Shown: positions 39,901-48,626 of the stretch, one piece after another
Numbering within the stretch: the stretch's first letter is position 1
Layout of the letters: each line of letters begins with the position of its first letter
Origin: Treponemataceae bacterium
GTDB lineage: Bacteria; Spirochaetota; Spirochaetia; Treponematales; Rectinemataceae
DNA: 64,000 nucleotides
Assembly (NCBI GenBank): GCA_963667725.2
Contig: CAXXHO010000005.1
Span: 1,056,001-1,120,000, forward strand
Direction of reading: 5' to 3'
The notes under the pieces: generated by a model
What the model saw: the letters and a program-made list of their open reading frames with translations, nothing else
Database searches by the model: none
What the model was told of the DNA's origin: nothing
Translations under genes and position numbers: made by a program

Positions 39901-39994
39901 GCTGACCTTGGGTATCCAGCTCCCAATGCTTCAGGGGACAGGCATAAGGCGAATTCAGGATGGGGTGGTCGAAGAACGGGTTGGCAAGGCTAAT
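36926..39994 (-). CDS. res: Type III R-M restriction subunit (Res; SF2 helicase plus PD-(D/E)xK nuclease); start extended to a putative ATT
   Basis: KMATGSGKT, DEAHH, SATP, MLTEGWD, QVIGRALR and PDF...VEIKG motifs; frame stays open 87 codons upstream of GTG 39733 (ANPFFDHPILNSPY...HWELD). Confidence 0.88.
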   Translation of the reverse strand: MSLANPFFDHPILNSPYACPLKHWELDTQGQPTQRVLEKRRRADFFTPIPKPKKHKDAAAQQEIIFDEGRGLSTKEQQYDPTSVINEVRGYVAEWRALPETHWQVTPETARLLKHWRSHRFVGIRPFFCQIEAVETAIWLTEVALQNKQGKQILDLLSRASADANPGLLRIALKMATGSGKTAVMAMIIAWQTVNAVRRPGSKNFTRGFLVCTPGLTIKDRLRLLKPNDPDSYYASRELIPNDMLDDIKRAKIVITNYHAFKRRERVELSAGGRALLKGRLGEDLNTLETEGQMLQRVMPDLMGLGNILVINDEAHHCYRENPRNGNDEKLKGDERKEAEKNNEAARLWISGLEVVGKKLGINKVFDLSATPFFLQGSGYAEGTLFPWTMSDFSLMDAIECGIVKLPRVPIAENIPGDEMPMFRKLWDNIRQDMPKKGRGHSGDLDPLKLPTRLQTAIQALYGHYEKTFKLWEEKGIDVPPCFIFVCQNTSISKLVFDYISGFQRSNDDGTSTLENGRLSLFRNFDETTGNPLPRPNTILIDSEQLEAGDVLDEDFRKMAKDEIDRFRREIIERTGDIRAADNLTDQELLREVMNTVGKPGQLGGNIRCVVSVSMLTEGWDANTVTHVLGIRAFGTQLLCEQVIGRALRRQSYELNDEELFNVEYADVFGIPFDFTAKPVIAPPQPPRQTIQVKAICPDRDALEIRFPRVEGYRVELPAERLSATFNEDSILRLSPDLVGPSITRDSGIIGEGVDMNLEHLGDMRPSTLVFNLTHRLLYTKFRDPGEEPRLFLFGQLKRIVKEWLDGYLECVGGTYPAQLMYLELADMACNKITTAITQKFLNERPVKALLDPYNPSGSTRYVRFNTSRSNLWETSSKHCHINWVVLDSEWEGEFCRVAESHPKVLAYVKNHNMGFEVPYRYGSETRHYLPDFIVLVDDGHGLENPLHLIVEIKGYRREDAKEKKATMDTYWIPGVNNLGGYGRWAFAEFTEVYQIESDFKARVEDEFGKMIETSIGIRKRT

Positions 39995-40029
39995 GGTGTA
40001 ACCTCTTTTATTATTACTTGCAAAATACC

Positions 40030-40058
40030 ATCATAACCCTTGATAGCCGTGCCCGCAA
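40030..40058 (-). promoter_or_regulatory. Putative sigma70 promoter for res
   Basis: TTGCGG-17-TATGAT; AAGAGG RBS at 40002-40007. Confidence 0.5.
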
Positions 40059-40071
40059 GCTAAAAATAGCC

Positions 40072-41562
40072 TTACCCCCAGGCCGCCCCGTTCCACTGCA
40101 GCATCGCCTCCAGCATTCTAGGATCGCGTTCCTTGTTGATCTCGAAATACTCGACGCCGGCGATCCTGGCGTAATCTTCCAGCATTTCAGCGGTTACCTG
40201 CGTAGAGAAGCCGGTGTGATGGGCGCCGCCCGCGAGGATCCAGAGCCTCGCCGCGTCCTTGAGGGAGGGCTCCGGCTTCCAGAGCACCCTCGCCACGGGC
40301 AGTTTGGGCATCGGGGCGGGCAGGCTCACGGACTCGACGAGGTTCGAAAGGAGGCGGAATCGCCCTCCTAAATCGAGCAACGTCGCGACGATGGCCTTGC
40401 CGGTCCGCGCCTCGAACACCGCGCGCGCGGGGGCGGCCTTGCCGCCTATGCCTAGAGGATGCACTTCGATCCTGGGCTTGCCGCTCGCTATGCTGGGGCA
40501 TACCTCGAGCATGTGCGCGCCCAGTATGAGCTCGTTCCCCGGCTCGAAATGGTAGGTGTAGTCTTCCATGAAGGAGGTGCCGCCAGCGAGGCCTTCGCCC
40601 ATCACCTTCATCGCGCGCACGAGGGCCGCGGTCTTCCAGTCGCCCTCGGCGCCGAAGCCGTAGCCGTCCATCATGAGGCGCTGGGAGGCCAGTCCGGGAA
40701 GTTGTGCGAGCTTGCCAAGGTCCTCAAAGGTAGTGGTGAACGAACCGGCGTTATGCGATTCCAAGAATCGGCGGATTCCCCGCTCGATGCGGGCCTGTTC
40801 CCGCACGCTGGCCATCGCGGCCTCGCTGCCCGAGACTTCGGGGGCGAAATCGAAGAGCGCGCGATATTCGTCCATGGCTTTGTCGAGGTCCGCCTCGCTC
40901 ACCGCCTCCACTTCCCGGACAAGATCCCCTATCCCGTAGCCGTTGACCGACCAGCCTAGCTGGATCTGCGCCGATACCTTGTTGCCCTCCGTCACCGCGA
41001 CGTCGCGCATGTTGTCGCCGAAGCGGACAACGGCTTTCTCCTGGCCGTCGGCGAAGGCGCAGGCCGCGCGCATCCAGGCGCCGACGCGCTGCCGCACTTC
41101 GGGATCCTGCCAGTGGCCTACGACGACCTTGCGCGCGATTTTCATCCTCGTCTGGATAAAACCGTGTTCTCTGTCGCCATGCGCCGACTGGTTCAGGTTC
41201 ATGAAATCCATGTCGATGGTGGCCCAGGGGATGTCCCGGTTGAACTGCGTGTGCAGGTGTAAAAGCGGCTTATGGTTAACGGCGAGCCCCGCTATCCACA
41301 TCCGCGAGGGCGAGAAGGTATGCATCCAGGTGACGATGCCGGCGCAGGCCGGAGAGGCGTTCGCTTCCCTGAATATACCGAGAATTTCTTCGGAGCTCTT
41401 CGCCACCTTCTTGAAAACGAGGGGCGAAGGGAGGGCCGGATCCGCCGCGAAGCCGCCTGCCATGGCGCGCGCGTGCTCCTCGACGGTCTTCAGGACTTCG
41501 GGGCCGTAGAGGTCCTGGCTGCCTACGACGAACCAGAACTCATGCTTTTTGAGGGTGTTCAT
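40072..41562 (-). CDS. araA: L-arabinose isomerase
   Basis: FVVGSQDLYG, WMHTFSP, NLNQSAHGDRE, FMEDYTY and GAHMLEV motifs. Confidence 0.95.
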   Translation of the reverse strand: MNTLKKHEFWFVVGSQDLYGPEVLKTVEEHARAMAGGFAADPALPSPLVFKKVAKSSEEILGIFREANASPACAGIVTWMHTFSPSRMWIAGLAVNHKPLLHLHTQFNRDIPWATIDMDFMNLNQSAHGDREHGFIQTRMKIARKVVVGHWQDPEVRQRVGAWMRAACAFADGQEKAVVRFGDNMRDVAVTEGNKVSAQIQLGWSVNGYGIGDLVREVEAVSEADLDKAMDEYRALFDFAPEVSGSEAAMASVREQARIERGIRRFLESHNAGSFTTTFEDLGKLAQLPGLASQRLMMDGYGFGAEGDWKTAALVRAMKVMGEGLAGGTSFMEDYTYHFEPGNELILGAHMLEVCPSIASGKPRIEVHPLGIGGKAAPARAVFEARTGKAIVATLLDLGGRFRLLSNLVESVSLPAPMPKLPVARVLWKPEPSLKDAARLWILAGGAHHTGFSTQVTAEMLEDYARIAGVEYFEINKERDPRMLEAMLQWNGAAWG

Positions 41563-43211
41563 GAGAACTCCTTTTCGATGAAGCGGCCGAATTCCACGTA
41601 CTTATCGTACCGTTTGTCGTAGAAAGCCGCGCGGGCGGGGTCAGGCTCGACGCAGCGCTCGACGGGCGGAAGCATGCGTTTTTGGGCTTCGGCGACCGTC
41701 GGATGGATTCCGGCGACGACGGAGGCGAACATGGCGGCGCCCAGAGCGACGGATTGGTCGCCGGAGGCGATGTCGATGGGCATGCCGAGCACGTCGGCGA
41801 CGATCTGCATGACGAGGGGAGATTTCTTGGCCACACCGCCGATGGCGACGATACGGTCTATCTTCACGCCCTCGCTCTTGAAGCGTTCGACGATGGCGCG
41901 GGCGCCGAAGGCCGTGGCCTCGATGAGGGCTCGGTAGATCATGGGCGCCGTGGTGCCGAGGGTGAGCCCCGAGATGGCCCCCTGCAGAAGCTGGTTGGCG
42001 TCGGGCGTCCGGCGGCCGTTGAGCCAGTCGAGGGCGAGGGGCAGTGATGCCGTCGGATCGACCAGCGCCGCTTCCTTTTCGAGCGCCGACATCATCTTCG
42101 CGCTTGCTTCTTCCGCTTTATCGGGCAGGAGTGTTTCGATCGGCCAGGATAAAAGCTTCTTATACCAGGCGAAGACATCGCCGAAGGCCGACTGGCCGGC
42201 CTCGTAGCCGAGCATGGAGGGGATGATCGAGCCGTCGACCTGGCCGCAGATGCCCCCGACGAGCCTTTCGTCGGAAACCGGGACAGGGCCGACCGTCATA
42301 TCGCAGGTGCTCGTGCCCATGACCTTGACGAGGACGCCTTCCCTCACGCCGCCGCCCACGGCGCCCATATGCGCGTCGTAGGCGCCCACGGCGACGGGGA
42401 TGCCCGACGTCAGGTGGAACCTTTCGGCCCATTCCCCCGTGAGAGGGCCGCAGCTCCTGTCGCTTGTCCAGGTTTCTTTCCCGAGCGTTTCGCGGATTCT
42501 GGAGAGTTCCGGGTGGAGGAGGTTGAGGAATTCAGCCGCCGGGTAGCCGCCGAACTTCGCGTGCCACATGGCCTTGTGACCCATGGCGCAGCGGCTGCGC
42601 TTCACGGTCCGCACGGACTGCGTTCCGGTGAGAAGGGCGGGCATCCAGTCGCAGTGTTCGACGAAGGAGTAGGCCGCCGCCGCGACGCGCGGATTGACCT
42701 TGAGAACGCGTAGGACTTTGGCCCAGAACCATTCCGAGGAATAGATTCCACCCTCGTATTTCGTGAAATCCTCGCCGCCCCAGCTTTTCGCCGCTCTGTT
42801 GATGGCGGCGGCCTCGTCGACGGCGCTGTGGTCCTTCCACAGGATGAACATCGCGTCCGGGTCCTCGGCGAATTGAGGCAGCAGAGCCAGCGGCGTGCCC
42901 TCGGCGTTCACCGCGCAGGGCGTCGAGCCCGTCGTGTCGATCGCGATGCCCTTTATGGAGGCGAGAGCATCTTTTCCGATGTGGACCAACAGTTTGCCCA
43001 TGACCGATTCCATCGATTCTATGTAGTCCAAGGGATGCTGCCTGAAAATATTCTTCCCTGGCGCGTTGAAACGTCCCGCCGCCCAGCGCGGATAGGCCGT
43101 CACCGCCTCGGCGATTTCCCGTCCGTTCCGCGCGTCGATAACGACGGCGCGACAGGAATCCGTGCCGTAGTCTATGCCGAGGACCGGCGTTCCGCTCAAT
43201 TCTTGCGACAT
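41559..43211 (-). CDS. araB: Ribulokinase
   Basis: GIDYGTDS, LWKDH, GGIYSSEWFWAK and DWLNGRRTP motifs. Confidence 0.93.
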   Translation of the reverse strand: MSQELSGTPVLGIDYGTDSCRAVVIDARNGREIAEAVTAYPRWAAGRFNAPGKNIFRQHPLDYIESMESVMGKLLVHIGKDALASIKGIAIDTTGSTPCAVNAEGTPLALLPQFAEDPDAMFILWKDHSAVDEAAAINRAAKSWGGEDFTKYEGGIYSSEWFWAKVLRVLKVNPRVAAAAYSFVEHCDWMPALLTGTQSVRTVKRSRCAMGHKAMWHAKFGGYPAAEFLNLLHPELSRIRETLGKETWTSDRSCGPLTGEWAERFHLTSGIPVAVGAYDAHMGAVGGGVREGVLVKVMGTSTCDMTVGPVPVSDERLVGGICGQVDGSIIPSMLGYEAGQSAFGDVFAWYKKLLSWPIETLLPDKAEEASAKMMSALEKEAALVDPTASLPLALDWLNGRRTPDANQLLQGAISGLTLGTTAPMIYRALIEATAFGARAIVERFKSEGVKIDRIVAIGGVAKKSPLVMQIVADVLGMPIDIASGDQSVALGAAMFASVVAGIHPTVAEAQKRMLPPVERCVEPDPARAAFYDKRYDKYVEFGRFIEKEFS

Positions 43212-43228
43212 TCCTCAACCTCCGTTCA

Positions 43229-44317
43229 TCAGGGAAGATTTTCCCTCACGTATATATCGATAGGTACGATGATTTCCTTTTCGATGGCCTGCTGAAGCAC
43301 CACGTGGCTGTACAGCAGGTAGATGCCTTCGTATGCCTGATATTCCGGCCGCTGCGAAAGGATGCAGTCGATCGTGCCGGCCCGCAGCTGGCTCTCGTTG
43401 TCCGGCACCAAATCGTAGCCGACCACGGCGATGTGCGCCGCGCCCTTATTGTTGACATAGGAGGCCACCCCGTGTACGGAAGCGTTCGTGACGAAGATGC
43501 CGCCGGGAGCAGGTATTTCCGCGAGCAGCTTCTGAAGAAAAGCCTCGCAGGTAGCCTTGTGCTCGATGTCGCGGCATTCGAAGATGCGGATCTGGCGCGT
43601 CGTGGCGGGCGAGGCCAGGGTTGGCGCTGCGGCGCCCGGGGCGGCCGGCAGTACCATGCTCGCTCCCAGCGACTCGAAATAATGCAGGAAGCCGTCGATC
43701 CTTTTCCTGATATGGAAATCTTCGCTGTGGGCGCTCACGACGCAAAAGGGACCCTCTCCCGCCGAGAAGGCGTCTAAAAGGCGGCCCGCCAGCACCCCGC
43801 TCTGGAAAGCGTTTTGGCCAATCCTGGAAAGAGGCGGAAAGTCGGGAAGCTGTGCATCGAAGAACACGACGGGGAATTCCGCCGGCAGGGTTCTGAGCAG
43901 GAGGGAGCTCAGCTCGGGCTGAACCGGCGCCATGAGAAGTCCGTCGAAATGCCCGTCTTCCAGCTGCCGGCGAATGTTCTCAAATAATGGGAGAGGATCG
44001 TAGCGGTTGAATTCGATCTTCCTGATATCCACGCCGAAGGTCTTCAGCTCCCTGGCCGCCTTCTGTATTCCCGCGTAGGCGATTTTCCAGTAGCCGGAGT
44101 CATCGGTCGTGTTCGGCAGAAGAACGGCGAAGGTATATTTCTTGTTGAGCTTGAGATGACGCGCGATGGGATTGGGCTTGTAGCCATGCTGCTCGATGAG
44201 AACTTCGATTTTTGCCTTGGTTTCCGGAGACACTCTCCCCCGGTTGTGCAGCACCCTGTCCACCGTTCCGATCGAGACATGGGCCGCTTCGGCAATTTCG
44301 CGCAGTGTCATAGGCAT
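43229..44317 (-). CDS. LacI-family transcriptional regulator (probable arabinose repressor)
   Basis: TLREIAEAAHVSIGTVDRVLHNRG HTH; first gene of the araBA operon. Confidence 0.9.
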   Translation of the reverse strand: MPMTLREIAEAAHVSIGTVDRVLHNRGRVSPETKAKIEVLIEQHGYKPNPIARHLKLNKKYTFAVLLPNTTDDSGYWKIAYAGIQKAARELKTFGVDIRKIEFNRYDPLPLFENIRRQLEDGHFDGLLMAPVQPELSSLLLRTLPAEFPVVFFDAQLPDFPPLSRIGQNAFQSGVLAGRLLDAFSAGEGPFCVVSAHSEDFHIRKRIDGFLHYFESLGASMVLPAAPGAAAPTLASPATTRQIRIFECRDIEHKATCEAFLQKLLAEIPAPGGIFVTNASVHGVASYVNNKGAAHIAVVGYDLVPDNESQLRAGTIDCILSQRPEYQAYEGIYLLYSHVVLQQAIEKEIIVPIDIYVRENLP

Positions 44318-44345
44318 GCTCCATCATTGAAGGGAGAATGTGTTT

Positions 44346-44392
44346 GCGGTAACGTACACGCACATTGTATTGTAAGTTCGGGAGGCTGTCAA
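44346..44392 (-). promoter_or_regulatory. Promoter with operator for lacI-araBA
   Basis: TTGACA(44392-87)-17-TACAAT(44369-64); operator GCGTGTACGTTACCGC (minus strand) at 44346-44361. Confidence 0.75.
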
Positions 44393-44467
44393 ACTTTTTC
44401 GTCGGTGAGGTATCGGCGCCCGCGAGATTGACCTCGGTCCACACGGGATGGATGGTCGTGCCGTTCA

Positions 44468-45658
44468 TCATTCGTCCAGGAAGGCCATGTCCTCCGGCCG
44501 GGCTATGATGTGGGGGAGGCCCTTTCCGAGGGCCGCCTCGATGTCCTCGCTGCGCTTGCCCATGGCGGCGGCGATTTCGGCCGACGACAGGCTGGTGAGG
44601 ATTTTGGCGACGCCGTTGACGAGGACCACGGCGTCGCGGCCGAAATCGCCGCCCACGGCCGTGACGCCCCTGGGGAGGAGGGAGTTGTTCGCGCGTATGG
44701 CGGCGAGGGCGCCTTCGTCCACGCTGATCGTGCCGCGCGGCCGCGAATTCTTGAGCCAGCGCACCCGGTTCCTTAAGGCGTGCGCCGCGTCGAAAAGCGT
44801 GCCCAGGGCCTCGCCTTCGACGATGCGCGATATGACGCGAGGTTCCCTTCCGTGCGCGATGACGACCCTGCAGCCCGCGTCGCGCGCCACGGCGACCGCG
44901 GCGAGCTTCGTCTTCATCCCGCCGGTGGAGAATTCAGAGCCGCGGCCGCCAGCCGCGGCCAGATGCTCGCTCGTGAGCTCCGCCACGTAGGGGATGCGCT
45001 TGGCCTCGGGGTTGTCGCGGGGGTCGGCGTCGTAGAGCGAATCCACGTCGGAAAGGATGATGAGGAGTTCGGCGTCTATCTTGCTCGCGACGTAGGCCGA
45101 GAGCCTGTCGTTGTCGCCGAAGGCGTTTCCTATTTCGGCGGTGGAGACGGAGTCGTTTTCGTTGAAGACGGGGATGACACTGCCCTCGAGGAGCGTTTCG
45201 ACGGTGGCGCGGAGGTTGAGGTAGGCTGCCCTGTCGTCCCAGGTGTCGCGCGTGACGAGGAGCTGGGCGGTGGTGAGTCCGAAAACATCGAAGGCCCGGC
45301 GGTATTCTTCCATCAAAAGGGGCTGGCCGATAGCGGCGCAGGCCTGGCGCATGCGCACTTCGGTGACGCGCTTGGTGAGCCCGAGTTCCCTCGCGCCCAT
45401 GCCGATGGCGCCCGAGGTGACGAGGATGAGCTGTTTGCCCGCGCGGACGAGGTCGGCGAACTGCGCGGCGACGCGATGGATGTACTCGGTGTCGACGCCT
45501 CCGCGTCCCGGGCTCCCCTTGGGTCTGGCTATGGTGGCAGTCCCGATTTTGACGACGATGCGGTTGGCGCTCGAGAGAGCGGCGCGCGCATCGCCAGCTC
45601 CGCCGGCGGTGCTGGTCGCGCCGGCTTCATCTAGCTCTTTCGTTTTGTTCGATTTCAT
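44468..45658 (-). CDS. proB: Glutamate 5-kinase with PUA domain
   Basis: IVVKIG, TSGAIG, NENDSVS, FGDNDRLS and TGGMKTK motifs; ATGA overlap with proA. Confidence 0.93.
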   Translation of the reverse strand: MKSNKTKELDEAGATSTAGGAGDARAALSSANRIVVKIGTATIARPKGSPGRGGVDTEYIHRVAAQFADLVRAGKQLILVTSGAIGMGARELGLTKRVTEVRMRQACAAIGQPLLMEEYRRAFDVFGLTTAQLLVTRDTWDDRAAYLNLRATVETLLEGSVIPVFNENDSVSTAEIGNAFGDNDRLSAYVASKIDAELLIILSDVDSLYDADPRDNPEAKRIPYVAELTSEHLAAAGGRGSEFSTGGMKTKLAAVAVARDAGCRVVIAHGREPRVISRIVEGEALGTLFDAAHALRNRVRWLKNSRPRGTISVDEGALAAIRANNSLLPRGVTAVGGDFGRDAVVLVNGVAKILTSLSSAEIAAAMGKRSEDIEAALGKGLPHIIARPEDMAFLDE

Positions 45659-46995
45659 CGTTGGTTTCCTGTATCGAGGGGCAAGTCTTTGTGCAGAAAG
45701 CTGCGGGTTCCCGAAGCGTAGTCGGCGACGATCTGGCCGGAACCTTCGAGGAGCCATTTATAGGTGAGGAGCCCCTCGAGACCCATGGGGCCGCGGGCGT
45801 GGAGCTTCCCGGTGGAAATGCCGACCTCTGCGCCCAGGCCGTACCGATAGCCGTCGGCGAATCGGGTGCTCGCGTTGTGGTAGACGGAGGCGGAGTCCAC
45901 GCCCGTCATGAAACGTCGCGAAGCATCGTCGACCTCGTCGGCGATGCTTCGCGCGCTCACGATCGTGTCGGTGTGGCCGCTCCCGTAGCGGTTAATGTGC
46001 GCGATCGCTTCGTCTAGGGAGTCGACGATCTTAACGGCCATGCGCATGTCGAGGTATTCCACCGACCAGTCCTCGTCGGCCTTGAGGTTCCAGGTAAAAT
46101 CGGCGGCTTCGGCCGCCACGATGGCCGCGCAACGCGGGCACAAGTCGAGGGCGACGCCTTTGCTCGCGAGGGCGGAGAGAAGAGGCACAAGGCCGCGCTC
46201 AGCGTAGGCCGCGTTCACGAGAAGCACTTCGGCGGCGTTGCACGCGGCCGGGTACTGCGTCTTCGAATCGATAGCGATGGCCGCCGCCATGTCGAGATCG
46301 GCGTCCTCGTGGATGTAGACGTGGCAGACGCCGTCGGAATGGCCGAGAACGGGGATCCGGCTCGTCGCCTTTATGTGGGCGACGAATTCCCTGGAGCCCC
46401 TGGGTATCACGAGATCGACATATTGATCGAGGGCGAGAAGATCGCCTGTCTGCTCGCGCGTCTCGAGCGCGGTGAGCCAATGCTCCGGCAGGCCCGCCTC
46501 CTCCCCGGCCGCGGCGATGACGGCGGCCAAAATCCGGTTGCTCTCGCGGGCTTCGCTTCCGCCCTTGAGGACGATGGCGTTCCCGCTCTTGGCCGCCAGG
46601 CATGCCATCTGCACGAGGGCGTCAGGCCGGCTTTCGAAAATCATGGCGATGAGTCCGATGGGGCAGGAAACGCGGCGCAGCGTGAGTCCATCGTCGAGGA
46701 GGCGGGCTTCCAGGACGCGGCCGCAGGGGTCGGGGAGCCGTCGCAGCGCGCTGATGCCCGCGAGGGCGTCGGCGAACTTGTCTTCGCCGAAGGCGAGCCT
46801 CTTGAGGATGGGCGAGGGCAGGCCAGCTTTGTCGGCCGCCTCGAGATCCCGCCTGTTGGCCAGCTCGATTTTCGCGCGAGCCTCCTCAAGCCGCTTCGCT
46901 ATGAGATCCAGAGCCGCGTTTTTCGTTTCGCTTCCGATGCCGAGAATGGCCGCGGCCGCGCGGGCTCCAAGCGCCACCCTCTCCTGTGTTGTCAT
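45655..46995 (-). CDS. proA: Gamma-glutamyl phosphate reductase
   Basis: FESRPD, LKGGSEA, CNAAE and GAEVGISTGKLHARGPMG motifs. Confidence 0.95.
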   Translation of the reverse strand: MTTQERVALGARAAAAILGIGSETKNAALDLIAKRLEEARAKIELANRRDLEAADKAGLPSPILKRLAFGEDKFADALAGISALRRLPDPCGRVLEARLLDDGLTLRRVSCPIGLIAMIFESRPDALVQMACLAAKSGNAIVLKGGSEARESNRILAAVIAAAGEEAGLPEHWLTALETREQTGDLLALDQYVDLVIPRGSREFVAHIKATSRIPVLGHSDGVCHVYIHEDADLDMAAAIAIDSKTQYPAACNAAEVLLVNAAYAERGLVPLLSALASKGVALDLCPRCAAIVAAEAADFTWNLKADEDWSVEYLDMRMAVKIVDSLDEAIAHINRYGSGHTDTIVSARSIADEVDDASRRFMTGVDSASVYHNASTRFADGYRYGLGAEVGISTGKLHARGPMGLEGLLTYKWLLEGSGQIVADYASGTRSFLHKDLPLDTGNQR

Positions 46996-47110
46996 GGAGG
47001 AACGGTAGCAGAAACCACGAAGCTCAACAACAGGGCGGACAGCATATATGGTTTTCTTGACTCGGGCAAAGCGTATATTTATTTTCCTCTATACAATACG
47101 GAGGCATTCG

Positions 47111-47872
47111 ATGAAAAAAAATAGCGCTTTTCCCAAAGCATACTTGGCCTTTTCGGCTCTTCTCGCCCTTTTCGCTCTTCCCGAGGCCTTTGCCCTCGAC
47201 GGGGCGGAGGGGAAGGAATTCGACGGCTTCGACACGGGAAAGGGCGAGCTCAAGATCACCTTCCTGGGCCACGCGACCCTCGTCCTCGAATTCGGCGGGA
47301 AGTTCATCTACATCGACCCCGTGAAACAGTACGGCGATTTTTCAAAATTTCCCAAGGCCGATCTCGTCCTCGTAACGCACGAGCACGGCGATCACCTCGA
47401 CGCAGGCTCCATAGCCGCACTTAAGGCGCCCTCTACGCGAATCGTCCTCAACGGAGCCTCACGGAACAAGCTGGGCGAGGGAGAGGCGCTGGAACATGGG
47501 AAGATCCTGGAAGCGGCCGGCGTTTCGGTGAAAGCCCTGCCGGCATACAACGTGACGGCCGGACGCACGAACTATCATCCCAAGAACCGCAGGGACAATG
47601 GCTATGTCCTCACCGTCGGCAATCTCCACATCTATGTGGCCGGCGATACCGAGGTCATTCCGGAGATGGCGGATCTGGGCCATATCGACATCGCCTTCCT
47701 GCCGATGAACCTGCCCTATACGATGACCCCCGAACAAGTGGCGACAGCCGCGAGGACGATCCGCCCCAGGATTCTCTACCCTTACCATTTCGGCGCTACC
47801 GATACGGCCGAGCTCGAGAAACTCCTGGCCGGCGAACCCGGTATCCAGATCAGGCTGAGAAAGCTACAATAA
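47111..47872 (+). CDS. Exported MBL-fold metallo-hydrolase
   Basis: THEHGDH, AGDT and PYH motifs; signal peptide. Confidence 0.85.
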   Translation: MKKNSAFPKAYLAFSALLALFALPEAFALDGAEGKEFDGFDTGKGELKITFLGHATLVLEFGGKFIYIDPVKQYGDFSKFPKADLVLVTHEHGDHLDAGSIAALKAPSTRIVLNGASRNKLGEGEALEHGKILEAAGVSVKALPAYNVTAGRTNYHPKNRRDNGYVLTVGNLHIYVAGDTEVIPEMADLGHIDIAFLPMNLPYTMTPEQVATAARTIRPRILYPYHFGATDTAELEKLLAGEPGIQIRLRKLQ

Positions 47873-47917
47873 AGCACTTTTGCCGATTCCGGATCGGACG
47901 GCGCATCGGGAGCGTAC

Positions 47918-48550
47918 ATGAAAACCATTGTCTGTTTTGGAGATTCTAATACCTGGGGCTATAATCCCGCGAACGCGACGAGGTACCCAAAGCCGATGCG
48001 CTGGCCGAGCATTTTCGCCTCCGCCCTGGAAGCAAGAGCGCCTGGCGGTTACGACGTCATTCCTGAGGGGCAGAATGGACGCACCACGGTATGGGAAGAT
48101 CCAGTCGGCCAGAAAAAGGGTTCGTCCTACCTGCTGCCCTGCCTTGAAACGCACAAGCCGGTGGACCTCGTGATCATCATGCTCGGCACGAACGACCTGA
48201 AGCACCGGTTCGGGGTCTCCAGCTATGACGTGGCGAGGGGCCTGGCCTGGCTGGTTCAGATGGTGAGGACTTCCGAGTTCGGTCCGGGGAACGCCGCCCC
48301 AGCAGTCCTCGTCGTGGCTCCGCCACCCTTCGCGACCTTGGGCGGCTTTTCCCAGGAATTCGAGGGCGGCGCCGAGAAGTCGCTGACCCTCGGAAGGGAT
48401 ATAGCCGCCCAGGCTGCCCTCAAGGGCTTTTCTTTCTTCGACGCGGGAACCGTCATCCGTTCGAGCGAACGCGATGGGATCCACCTGGAGCCGGAGGAGC
48501 ATGAAAAGCTCGGCCGAGCCCTGGCGCGGATCGTGGTTGAGCTTATCTGA
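47918..48550 (+). CDS. SGNH/GDSL hydrolase
   Basis: FGDSNT, LGTND and DGIH motifs. Confidence 0.9.
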   Translation: MKTIVCFGDSNTWGYNPANATRYPKPMRWPSIFASALEARAPGGYDVIPEGQNGRTTVWEDPVGQKKGSSYLLPCLETHKPVDLVIIMLGTNDLKHRFGVSSYDVARGLAWLVQMVRTSEFGPGNAAPAVLVVAPPPFATLGGFSQEFEGGAEKSLTLGRDIAAQAALKGFSFFDAGTVIRSSERDGIHLEPEEHEKLGRALARIVVELI

Positions 48551-48626
48551 ACAGTGCCTTCAGAAAGCCGCTGCAATCTATGCCGGAATCCCCCGCGGGA
48601 TTTCTGATCCCGGGAAATACGCTTCC

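Larger units (their letters stand above)
24851..40060 (-). mobile_element. Putative horizontally acquired defence island (type III R-M, primase-RT fusion, UvrD)
   Basis: Abrupt GC drop relative to the flanks, defence-type gene content, and position between two halves of one arabinose regulon. No integrase or att sites seen; boundaries approximate. Confidence 0.65.

Noticed and set aside
24851..40071. att sites, target-site duplication or integrase for the island
   Set aside because: No convincing direct repeat at either junction by eye; no recombinase, transposase or tRNA gene
44468..46995. proBA as part of the HypD pathway
   Set aside because: About 26 kb away, ordinary biosynthetic pair, no shared operator seen; the usual HypD partner proC is not in the window
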